From an uncultured virus (IMG/VR IMGVR_UViG_2061766007_000442) (taxonomy: Duplodnaviria > Heunggongvirae > Uroviricota > Caudoviricetes): a stretch of DNA of 64,000 nucleotides. This document shows positions 1-9,808 of the stretch, one piece after another. The notes under the pieces are model-generated. The model saw nothing but the letters and a program-made list of their open reading frames with translations, did not search any database and was not told where the DNA came from. The stretch is from IMG/VR virus record IMGVR_UViG_2061766007_000442; one strand, given 5' to 3'. Each line of letters begins with the position of its first letter. Position 1 is the first letter of the stretch. A program made the translations under genes and the position numbers.

Positions 1-222
1 GCTCTGCATGGTAAGCCGCTTAGCGGATAATTGCCACAACCGACAAAAATAAATCCGTAAGTCTTTGGGTGAGGTGTCACGGATGAGGGCACAAGAAACT
101 AAAGCAGGAGAAAAACCCGAAAAAAGTTCTTGACTGTCACTAGTTGACATGATATAATTTAGGTAAAGAAAAAGCTAAAGGGGCTTTTTCAAGATAGCCG
201 AAAGGCAGAAAGTAGGTGTACC

Positions 223-576
223 ATGACCAAGAAGAATTCGATGACCCGCGCTGAGGCTCTGCAGAACGCTATTGCACTGTTCCCGTCTGACGCGCCCGAG
301 GTTGAGGTGCTGGACAAGATGCTCCAGTCCATCACGAAGCCCCGCAAGAAGTCCGACGCCCCGAGCAAGGCAAGGGTCGAGAACGAGAAGCTGGCGCAGG
401 ACATGCGCGACGCTATCCAGCGCAACGGCTCGCCCGTCAATGCCAAGTGGATTACCGAGCATGTGCGCGGTATCATGACCACGCAGAAAGCGGCAGCGGT
501 CGCAAGGGTCGGCGTTGAGTTGGGTATCATCAACAAGATTGTTGACGGTCGCAACGTCTCGTACAACGTCTGCTAG
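223..576 (+). CDS. small basic phage protein, probable winged-helix DNA-binding (paralog of 6521..6904 and 8821..9156)
   Basis: RBS AGGTG, own TTGACT..TATAAT promoter (130-158), shared TKPR...EN..LA...AKW.TEHVRG..TTQKAAAV motif. Confidence 0.7.
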   Translation: MTKKNSMTRAEALQNAIALFPSDAPEVEVLDKMLQSITKPRKKSDAPSKARVENEKLAQDMRDAIQRNGSPVNAKWITEHVRGIMTTQKAAAVARVGVELGIINKIVDGRNVSYNVC

Positions 577-580
577 TCCT

Positions 581-630
581 TGCCCCGCCGGGCGGTGTAA
601 AAGCCGCCCGGCAAGGCGGGGCAAAAAAAA
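581..630 (+). terminator. GC-rich hairpin terminator
   Basis: TGCCCCGCC...GGCGGGGCA inverted repeat right after the stop codon, followed by an A-tract. Confidence 0.55.
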
Positions 631-719
631 TTTAAAAAAGTTTCAGAAAACCTCTTGACAAACTAGGGTCGAGGGGTTATTCTATTATTGTAAGGTAAGA
701 CAAAGAAAGGGGTTTACAA

Positions 720-899
720 ATGTTTGAAGTGTTCGCAGAATTCGACCTTTTGTGGTATGGTTTCGCAGAAGCCTACTATCAGGGCAAGAACTACGAAGAT
801 TGCAAGGCACAAGTCGTGCAAGCCTTGGAGACGTGCGGCGGGGGACATGCTGACATGTTTAACGCAGACGGGGAATTCATCGACGACGTGGAGGTGTAA
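720..899 (+). CDS. hypothetical 59 aa acidic protein (MFEVFAEFDLLWYG...)
   Basis: read by hand; AAGGGG RBS and TTGACA promoter upstream; TAA stop. Confidence 0.6.
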   Translation: MFEVFAEFDLLWYGFAEAYYQGKNYEDCKAQVVQALETCGGGHADMFNADGEFIDDVEV

Positions 900-1259
900 A
901 AAATTTTAAAAAATTTTCAAAAAAGCCCTTGCATTAGCAGGGGCTTTATGCTATTATTAAACCATAGAAAGAGGGATGCAGTCGAACCAAAGGCTGAGCA
1001 GGTTCACGAGGAGTCCGTTCAAAAAAAAAAAAAAAAAANNNNNNNNNNCTGCTGGATATTTGCGAGAAGTTCGCCGCCCTTGGCTTTGTTATCGGTGTCA
1101 TTAGCTGGACTGCCAAGAATGGCACAAAGGAATACAATAAAGCCGTTCGCGCCGCTAAAAGGGCTTGGCTCGATGCNNNNNNNNNNAAAAAGTACTTGAC
1201 ACACTCCAACAGATAGCCTACAATATCATTGTAAGGTTAAAGAAAGAAAGGGGCAAAAA

Positions 1260-1460
1260 ATGGCATTGTTCGTAACTGCAATTATCGTCATGGCTATGAC
1301 GGCTATTCCGGTCTACAACCTTATGGAGATTCCGTTTATGCGGCTTAGCAAGAAGCGCGGTCGTTACATTAAGACGGATATTCCCGTTTGGAAGTTCGCC
1401 GCCGTTCTGCTCATCGTCGCCGGTATCGTTGCCATTGTTCAGGCGTGGGCAATCTTCTAA
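1260..1460 (+). CDS. small membrane protein
   Basis: two hydrophobic segments, AAGGGG RBS, own promoter. Confidence 0.6.
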   Translation: MALFVTAIIVMAMTAIPVYNLMEIPFMRLSKKRGRYIKTDIPVWKFAAVLLIVAGIVAIVQAWAIF

Positions 1461-1551
1461 AAAAAGAATAAAGATTTTTCAAGAAAACCCCTTGCGAGGG
1501 GTTTTTCTTTGTGCTAAAATAGAAGTGTCAAGTTAAAGAAAGGGGTATCTA

Positions 1552-2022
1552 ATGAACGCGATTTATTTTGACATGGACGGGACTATTGCAGACCTTTACA
1601 ACGTCAATGGCTGGTTGGAGAAACTGCAAGCTAGCGACGTAACGCCCTATGAGGATGCTGCACCGCTGGTTGACATGCGGGAATTGCTGGACATTTGCGA
1701 GAAGTTCGCCGCCCTCGGCTTTGTTATCGGTGTCATTAGCTGGACTGCCAAGAATGGCACGAAGGAATACAATAAAGCCGTTCGCGCCGCTAAAAGGGCT
1801 TGGCTCGATGCTCATTTTCCGTGTGTTGACGAACTCCACGTAGTGAAGTATGGAACACCTAAGCACCGTACCGCCAAGATTAAAGGGGCTATTCTCGTTG
1901 ATGATAATGCGGACGTGCGCAAGGCTTGGGAAAGGTACACCGAAGAAAATTGCACGGTTGATGCAAGCGAACCTAAAAATCTTTTGGAAAATTTGCAAAA
2001 AGTACTTGACATGGTAGCGTAA
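1552..2022 (+). CDS. HAD-superfamily phosphatase (5'-nucleotidase-like)
   Basis: FDMDGT motif I, ILVDD motif IV; partial duplicate allele at 1049-1176. Confidence 0.75.
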   Translation: MNAIYFDMDGTIADLYNVNGWLEKLQASDVTPYEDAAPLVDMRELLDICEKFAALGFVIGVISWTAKNGTKEYNKAVRAAKRAWLDAHFPCVDELHVVKYGTPKHRTAKIKGAILVDDNADVRKAWERYTEENCTVDASEPKNLLENLQKVLDMVA

Positions 2023-2074
2023 ATGCGCTACCATGTTAATGTAAGATTAAACCTTAAAAAGAAAGGAAAACATC

Positions 2075-2320
2075 ATGAAGCGTTATTACACTATCCATTT
2101 CTTTTACTACCTGCCGGACGGCAAAATCGGGTTCATGCCCATGTATCAGCACGTCCGCACGACTGCCGTCGATGCGCTGGCACTCATGCAGGATGCCTAC
2201 TTCAATGACCCTACCGGCTACCCCATCGCAGGAGTGCAGATGTATCAGCAGCGCCGCCCCGGTGGGTATGTCAAACTGTTTTTCGGCGTCGGGGCTAACT
2301 CCTGCGACGTAGCACTGTAA
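2075..2320 (+). CDS. hypothetical protein
   Basis: AAGGA RBS, followed by terminator AAAGCCCGC-GCAA-GCGGGCTTTTT. Confidence 0.6.
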   Translation: MKRYYTIHFFYYLPDGKIGFMPMYQHVRTTAVDALALMQDAYFNDPTGYPIAGVQMYQQRRPGGYVKLFFGVGANSCDVAL

Positions 2321-2877
2321 AGCCCGCGCAAGCGGGCTTTTTCTTTTGCGTTAAAAAAGTTAACCTAGCCTAACTTGGCCGAAAAAATTTTACCACCACC
2401 ACAAGCAAATTTCAAGTTACTGTTGGTTTCATTATGAAACTATGAGTTGTGCCCAAAACGTAAGTTTTTTTCAAAAAGTAGTTGACATGCGCCCCCGTAT
2501 CCCTATAATTAGTAGTGTAAGAAAGATAAAGAAAGGGGCTTGCAAATGACCATCAAGACTAACAAGGGCAACAAGAAGCACATCAAGTTTGTCGAAAATC
2601 TCCAGCTTCTCGGCCTTGCCCTTACCATCATGGGACAGGTTCTCGTGCGTTTCGACCTCGCCCTTACCGCACAGACCATCTGGCTGGTTGCAAACATTAT
2701 CGCTCTCGGTAGGGACTTCTACCTCGAAAGGCCGTGGGCGGACAAAATCAAGAACGCCGCATTGACCGGTATTACTCTTGCNNNNNNNNNNCTAAGTTTT
2801 TTTCAAAAAGTAGTTGACACACGCCCCCGTATCACTATAATTAGTAGTGTAAGAAAGATAAAGAAAGGGGTTCACAA

Positions 2878-3144
2878 ATGACCATCAAGACCAACAAGGG
2901 CGACAAGAAGCACATCAAGTTCGTCGAAAATCTCCAGCTTCTCGGCCTCGCCCTTACCATCATGGGACAGGTTCTCGTGCGTTTCGACCTCGCCCTCACC
3001 GCACAGACCATTTGGCTGGTTGCCAACATTATCGCCCTCGGTAGGGACTTCTACCTCGAACGCCCGTGGGCGGACAAAATCAAGAACGCCGCATTGACCG
3101 GTATTACTCTTGCTCTTATTATTAGCCTTATTGTTATGGGTTAG
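2878..3144 (+). CDS. small membrane protein (second allele at 2546-2781)
   Basis: three hydrophobic segments; near-identical copy before a 10-N gap. Confidence 0.6.
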   Translation: MTIKTNKGDKKHIKFVENLQLLGLALTIMGQVLVRFDLALTAQTIWLVANIIALGRDFYLERPWADKIKNAALTGITLALIISLIVMG

Positions 3145-3156
3145 GAGGTGTTACAA

Positions 3157-3321
3157 ATGTATGTGTATTTGATTTCCTATCTGCTAAATGCAGAAACCTA
3201 CTACGGTGACCCAGTGCGCGGATATTATGGAATGGTTTTTAGCACTAAAGCAAAAGCACAAAAGGTAGCCGAAGCTAACAATCTCGAAGATTACAAAATC
3301 GTTGCCAAGAAAGTACATTAA
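3157..3321 (+). CDS. hypothetical 54 aa protein
   Basis: GGAGGTG RBS, followed by a hairpin terminator (3325-3355). Confidence 0.55.
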   Translation: MYVYLISYLLNAETYYGDPVRGYYGMVFSTKAKAQKVAEANNLEDYKIVAKKVH

Positions 3322-3439
3322 AAGAAAAACCCGCCACGCAGGCGGGTTTTTTCTTGCCCCTTATTATCCTCAAAAAAGAATAAAAAAATTCTCACAAAAA
3401 CCCTTGCATTGCACTTTAAAACATGCTACAATGAAAGGG

Positions 3440-3900
3440 GACGACTATGGCCGAAAAATTTTGTTAGCCTAGGTTAACTTTTTTCACTTTAGCACAGTAG
3501 AGTGATAGAGTGCGGTCGAAAATTTCCTACTAAGCAGGTGGGTATTATTTTCACTTTAGCGCAGTAGAGTATTAGAGTTGTGGAGATTTTGTGAACCTAT
3601 TGACTTGCGTCGCATACTATGGTATTTTGGTATCGGGGGATACTGCCAACCGAACAAATGTTCGATAGTTGTTCGAGAATAATTTAATCCTACTAACCTA
3701 GTAGGTAGGGCACTTTAGCGCAGTAGAGTATTAGAGCATTAAAGCGATGCCCGCACAGAATAATGTTATGCCGTTTTGGAATAACTATTATGCACTTTTG
3801 GAATAGCATCATTCCAAGAGAATAAACAACCTATGCTTTCACAATGCAACCTAAAGTATCACAACTATTTTCTGTATTTTCTTGACGTGCGGGCGGTACT
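3440..3900. promoter_or_regulatory. non-coding operator tract 1 (GTTAGCCTAGGTTAAC, LexA box 3651-3664, other palindromes and repeats)
   Basis: no credible ORF; dense palindromes that recur in tracts 2 and 3. Confidence 0.6.
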
Positions 3901-4425
3901 ACTGTANNNNNNNNNNTTTATTATCCTCAAAAAAGAATAAAAAAAATCTCACAAAAACCCTTGCATTACACTTTAAAACATGCTACAATGGAAGGGGACG
4001 ACTATGGCCGAAAAATTTTGTTAGCCTAGGTTAACTTTTTTNNNNNNNNNNNNNNNNNNNNNNNNNNNNNNNNNNNNNNNNNNNNNNNNNNNNNNTAATG
4101 TTATGCCGTTTTGAAATAGCTGTTATGCACTTTTGGAATAACATCATTCCAAGAGAATAAACAACCTATGCTTTCACAATGCAACCCAAAGTATCACGAC
4201 TATTTTCTGTATTTTCTTGACGTGCGGGCAGTACTACTGTACTATTTANNNNNNNNNNATAGCTGTTATGCACTTTTGGAATAGCATCATTCCAAGAGAA
4301 GAAACAACCTATGCTTTCACAATGCAACCCAAATTATCACAACTATTTTCTGTATTTTCTTGACGTGCGGGCGGTACTACTGTACTATTTAAGGTGTAAA
4401 GTTCAACTATTGAAAGGGGTTTTAA

Positions 4426-5466
4426 ATGGCTAAGCGTTATTACATGATTCTGGACTGCGAGACGATTACCGACGCGCGGGTGCCTTATGACGTGGCATTT
4501 GTCCTTATCGACCGTGCGGGTAACGTCATCGAGCGGTTCAACGCATTGACCGCCGAGGTTATGAACGATGCAACGCTGCGCTACATCCTCAAGAAAGACC
4601 GCTACACCGCGCACAAGGCTGGATTCTACCTCACGAACACGCCCGCCGAGGTTATGCCCTTCACGCAAATTGCCGCGCATGTGTGGGCGGTTATCCGCGC
4701 GTTTGATGCGGTCGTTGTCGCTTACAACGTGGCATTCGACCGTGGCGCGCTCAACGCCTACAGTCGCACGATTGACGGCTGCGACTTTTTCCCCGAGGAN
4801 NNNNNNNNNACACAAAGCAGGGTTCTACCTCACGAACACGCCCGCCGAGGTTATGCCCTTTACCCAAATCGCCGCGCATGTGTGGGCGGTTATCCGTGCA
4901 TTTGATGCGGTCGTTGTTGCTTATAACGTGGCGTTCGACCGTGGCGCGCTCAACGCCTACAGCCGCACGATTGACGGCTGCGACTTTTTCCCCGAGGATT
5001 GCATCATCTGGGACATGTGGACGATGGCATTGTACACCGTTTGCGCTAGCCGCAACTATGCCAACTACTGCGACACTCACGGGATGCACACGGACAAGGG
5101 CAACCGTAAAAGCGGCGCGGAAGCCGTTTACTCCTACCTCGTGGGCAATCCCGAGTTCGAGGAAGCGNNNNNNNNNNCATGTGGACGATGGCGCTCTACA
5201 CCGTTTGCGCTAGCCGCAACTATGCCAACTACTGCGATGCTCACGGGATGCACACGGACAAGGGCAACCGCAAAAGCGGCGCGGAAGCCGTTTACTCCTA
5301 CCTCGTGAATAATCCCGAATTTGAGGAAGCGCATACCGCCCTCGCCGACTGCGAGATTGAGGTGCAAATTTTCCTCGCCATTCTCGCCCGCAAAAAGAAG
5401 CTGCACACCGATGAGTGCGGGGGCGTGAGGTATCGCAAGCCGTGGCGCGAATATCTGCAAGTCTAA
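4426..5466 (+). CDS. DEDDh 3'-5' exonuclease (DnaQ-like); one gene split into overlapping allelic pieces by gaps
   Basis: ExoI LDCET, ExoII AYNVAFD, ExoIII HTALAD motifs. Confidence 0.8.
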
Positions 5467-5499
5467 AGACAAAAGCCCGCCGCTAAGGCGGGCTTTTTG

Positions 5500-6420
5500 T
5501 TTGTCTAGGCACTTTAACGCTTTAGTGTGCTAAAGCGCCGTCTGAGGTCGAAAAAAAGTTAACCACGGCTAACATTTTCAAAACGTCTGATAAAACATCT
5601 TATGTAAAGTAATGAAATGCCCAAAACACAACATCTAGTATTATTCTCGCTCCAGGACACACTACATCTTGTGGTCGGCCGCACAATTCCAGATAAAACA
5701 TCTTATGTAAAGTAATATCAGGCACTCCACCGCAGTAGAGTGCTGTAGTGGGTCGAAAAAAAGTTAACCGTGGCTAACAAATTTCGATGCAACTAACGGT
5801 TTCACTATTCAACCGATATTACACGCCTAAAACCTTGCAATAATTTTGCAACCTGCTAGAATGGGTATCGGGGGGTCTAAATTCTTTATTCTCGNNNNNN
5901 NNNNTTTTCCAGATAAAACATCTTATGTAAAGTAATGGAGTTATGCAACCGATGGTTTCATCATGCAACTAATATTACCTTGCAATAATTTTGTAACCTG
6001 CTAGAATGGGTATCGGGGGGTCTAAATTCTTTATTCTCAGACAAGAATAATCTCGTTTGAGAATAATACTCCAGCGCACTAAAGTGCGATAGTGGAACAT
6101 ATGAACACACGTTCACATGAAAAATTTTCACAGTTTTTCCACAGGGGTGTGAATAATTCACGTTTTTGCATATTCACGGTTTTGCATATTTTCTTTATTC
6201 TCAAAATAGATGTAAGATTCTCAAAAAAAATTTTTTTTGCATAGAAAACTTCGTTTAATCGCTCAAATGAATAANNNNNNNNNNTTCTCAAAATAGATGA
6301 AAGATTCTCGAAAAAATTTTTTTTGCATAGAAAACTTCGTTTAATCGCTCAAATGAATAAAATGCGCCCGGCTAAAAGTCCGGATTGCATAAACGCACCT
6401 ATTTCATGCAGTTTCGCACG
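5500..6420. promoter_or_regulatory. non-coding operator tract 2 (dif-like sites, NrdR box pair, DnaA boxes, GTTAAC-N5-CTAAC)
   Basis: dif-like 5583-5610, 5686-5713, 5906-5933; NrdR-like 5626-5641 and 5659-5674; DnaA-like 6135-6143 and 6148-6156. Confidence 0.65.
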
Positions 6421-6520
6421 GTTGCAATATCCCCCCGTTATGGTACTCTAATATTGTCGAAGGGGGGTTCCCCAAGGGGCGCAAGGGCGCCCGCCCGCCC
6501 GCGACAGGAAGGGGCTTGCC

Positions 6521-6904
6521 ATGACCAAGACCACCGCCATCACCCGTGCCGACGCTCTCGCCATCGCTGTGGAGTTCATCCTCAGGGATAACTACTTCGA
6601 CGATGCGGGCAACGACCGCACCAACGAGGTCGTGGACGTGCTCACCAAGATGCACACGGCCATCACCAAGCCGCGCACCAAGCGCGAGGGCCCGACCAAG
6701 GCCCGCACGGAAAACGAGCGGCTCGCCCGCGAGCTTGCCGCCGTCATCCCGGACGGTGGCGAGGTTACCGCCAAGTGGGTGACCGAGCACGTCCGTGGCG
6801 TGCTCACGACCCAGAAGGCCGCCGCCGTTGCCCGTGTGGGTATCGACCTCGGTATCATCGCCAAGGTCGTGGACGGTCGCAAGGTGACCTACCGCCGCGC
6901 CTAG
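6521..6904 (+). CDS. small basic DNA-binding-like phage protein (paralog of 223..576)
   Basis: high similarity to 223..576; very GC3-rich codons; GGGGGGG-CGAAAG-CCCCCCC hairpin downstream. Confidence 0.7.
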   Translation: MTKTTAITRADALAIAVEFILRDNYFDDAGNDRTNEVVDVLTKMHTAITKPRTKREGPTKARTENERLARELAAVIPDGGEVTAKWVTEHVRGVLTTQKAAAVARVGIDLGIIAKVVDGRKVTYRRA

Positions 6905-6949
6905 TGCGCAGGGGGGGCGAAAGCCCCCCCGACCACCCACCGGAAGGGG

Positions 6950-7645
6950 CGAACATTTGTTCGCCCCTTTCCTTATTCTCGTTTGAGGATATCGAACAAA
7001 TGTTCGACTGAGGTCGAAATTTTACCACAAACTCGCACAAAAAACAAGTCTCCATCGGTGAACGGTAGGAAAACGTCGGTGAACGGTTCCCAAAAAACGG
7101 CTGATAAAATATCTTATGTAAAGTAATGTTATGCAGTACCGCCGCATATTTACCCGTTTTTATTCATTCTATTGAATATTATCGACNNNNNNNNNNATGC
7201 AAGAATATCGAACAAATGTTCGACTGAGGTCGAAATTTTACCACAAACTCGCACAAAAACAATCCCCTAGCCGGTGAACGGTAGGAAAACGTCGGTGAAC
7301 GGTTCCCAAAAAAACGGCTGATAAAATATCTTATGTAAAGTAATGTTATGCACTACCGCCGCATATTTACCCGTTTTTATTCGTTCTGTTGGATATTATC
7401 GAGGTTTTATGCATTTATCGTGACAAAGTCACGATAAAGCATCTTATGTAAACTAGTGTACTCTACTGTGCTAAAGCGTAAGTTAGACACGGCTAACTTT
7501 TGCGTGTGCANNNNNNNNNNCTTTTATGCATTTATCGTGACGAAGTCACGATAAAGCATCTTATGTAAACTAGTGCGCTCTACTGTGCTAAAGCGATGAC
7601 GTGTGCAATCGAACAAATGTTCGATATCGAACAGATGTTCGCCCC
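6950..7645. promoter_or_regulatory. non-coding operator tract 3 (LexA boxes, dif-like sites)
   Basis: CGAAC-N4-GTTCG at 6950, 6993, 7610, 7628; dif-like at 7097-7124 and 7427-7454 (plus allelic duplicates). Confidence 0.65.
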
Positions 7646-7945
7646 GGACGGCCGCGATCTGGACGCGCGCCTATACGCCCCTTTTTCCGAGATCTGCGGG
7701 CTATACGCGATTTTGCTGTAATTTTCCCAAAACTGGACAATTTATAAATTTCCCCTTGACAGAACACAGATTTTATGATATAATTTAATTAGTATATTTT
7801 TTTTTAAAAAAAAATTTTTTTCTATACGGCGCGTTTTCCTATTTTTCAAGCGCATAAAAAAAGAGGACGTCCTATACAGGACGCCCTCCGAGAAAGGGGC
7901 TGGGGCGTGCCATGACTCACGCCCCATATGAAAGGGGTAACTCAC

Positions 7946-8712
7946 CTAAGCCTTCGGCTTACGCTTCTTGCTCAGGGTAAGCTCGTACTTGTCCTCTCCG
8001 ATGGAGAAGGCAATCATACGCTCGATGTTGGTCACTTCCACACTGTGGATATTGTTCAGTACGGTATCACCGTGACCAAACTCGTCAAGCGTCTCCTTGA
8101 ACATCTGAATCAATGCACGCTTAACCTCGTCCGGCTTGCGGGTCGGCTTCTTGCGCGTGGTGCCCTTCGCACGGACGCCCGCACCATTAGCNNNNNNNNN
8201 NNNNNNNNNNNNNNNNNNNNNNNNNNNNNNNNNNNNNNNNNNNNNNNNNNNNNNCTTGCGGCCCTGCACGAACACGCTGTCGGGGATGTTAATGGTCTTC
8301 TCAGAACCGTTCTCAGTGGTGAAGGTATANNNNNNNNNNCACGGTATCACCGTGACCAAACTCGTCAAGCGTCTCCTTGAACATCTGAATCAGTGCACGC
8401 TTGACCTCGTCCGGCTTGCGAGTCGGCTTCTTGCGCGTGGTGCCCTTCGCACGGACGCCCGCACCATTAGCNNNNNNNNNNACGGGTCGGCTTCTTACGC
8501 GTGGTGCCCTTCGCACGGACGCCCGCACCATTAGCCTTAGCCTTCTGGGTCAGCTCTGCCACGGTAGGATCAATAATATAACCCTCATCACTAAGATAAC
8601 GCTCGATCGTCTCGCGGTTGCTCAGGCCCTCTTTGCGGCCCTGCGCGAACACGCTATCGGGGATGTTAATGGTCTTCTCAGAACCGTTCTCAGTGGTGAA
8701 GGTATACTTCAT
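7946..8712 (-). CDS. hypothetical basic protein (~140 aa), fragmented and duplicated by gaps
   Basis: pieces join as MKYTFTTENG...KKPTRKPDEVKRALIQ...LSKKRKPKA; GGAG RBS. Confidence 0.6.
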
Positions 8713-8820
8713 AATGTCTTACTCCTTGTCATGGCTAGCACTGTTCAGTATATGCGTGGTGGGGAGTGTCCCTAGCCACTCCCCGCACCCTCTTAACCGC
8801 TAGGGCGGTGTTGCCTATTG

Positions 8821-9156
8821 CTAGGCGATGACGAACGTCGCCGGGTCGTTCTTGCCCTCACCCTCGGTGCGGATGACGATGCCCTCACCAACGAGCCAGC
8901 GGAGAGCCGCGGCCATCTTCTGGTGGGAGACACCCAGAGCACCGGAGAGCTCCTTGTTGGTCATCGGACCCTCAGCGTCGGACAGGTAGGTCGCGACGGC
9001 ACCGCGGAACTCCACGACCTCGGGCTTGGTCTTGTGGACGCGGGGCTTGCTCAGCTGCTTGATGTACTTCTCGCACATCTCGACAACCTGCGGGTCGTCG
9101 TTCATCGTCTCGGCGATGCGGTGGAACAGGTCCTTGCGGGTGATCTTCTCAGCCAT
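8821..9156 (-). CDS. small winged-helix/HTH DNA-binding-like protein
   Basis: MTNKELSGALGVSHQKMAAALRWL HTH-like segment; distant paralog of 223..576. Confidence 0.6.
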   Translation of the reverse strand: MAEKITRKDLFHRIAETMNDDPQVVEMCEKYIKQLSKPRVHKTKPEVVEFRGAVATYLSDAEGPMTNKELSGALGVSHQKMAAALRWLVGEGIVIRTEGEGKNDPATFVIA

Positions 9157-9808
9157 TTTCTTTCTCCTTTTCTGCCCCTTTTTGAGGCTCCTTATTTTCA
9201 GGGGAGGCCATCCCCCATTTACCAAATTTAGAACTTCCTTAACCTTATATATATATTATAGCTTAAAATTTTTGTTTTGTCTATTATTATTTTCAAGATG
9301 CCTTGTTTAAGAATTTCAAGAGATATGTATTGCTTTTGTTTTCTCTCTCTTTCTTATATATATATTATATCATATAATTTTTGATTTGAAAATGATTTTT
9401 TTTAAATGATTCTTTTTTATTTTAACCCAAAACGAGTTGAAAATGAAAATTTTTTTTCAAGAATGAACTTAAAAATGAAAATTTTTTTTCAAAAATGAAA
9501 ATTTTTCTCAAAGAATCTTCAAGAATTTTTCGCTTTGTTATTCTTTTTTCAAAGTTCTCNNNNNNNNNNNNNNNNNNNNNNNNNNNNNNNNNNNNNNNNN
9601 NNNNNNNNNNNNNNNNNNNNNNNNNNNNNNNNNNNNNNNNNNNNNNNNNNNNNNNNNNNNNNNNNNNNTAAAAATTGGGAATGAAAGTTAAGTAAAAAAA
9701 TCCTTTTTACGGTATCGGATGCGGCGTCGAGCACAAAAATTTTGCCTTGTCATGACATGCCCACCCCAGTTCCACTGGGTAATACAATTTTATGCAACTT
9801 ATATAATT

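Noticed and set aside
3485..3750. HrcA CIRCE elements
   Set aside because: TTAGCAC and GAGTG half-site resemblance, but the TTAGCACTC-N9-GAGTGCTAA spacing is not met
6260..6410. ArgR boxes (TGAATA/TGCATA half sites)
   Set aside because: Half-site spacing does not fit the ARG box well; too weak to call
175..9231. Antisense ORFs such as 175..624, 6404..6940 and 8818..9231
   Set aside because: Shadow frames of GC3-rich genes on the opposite strand
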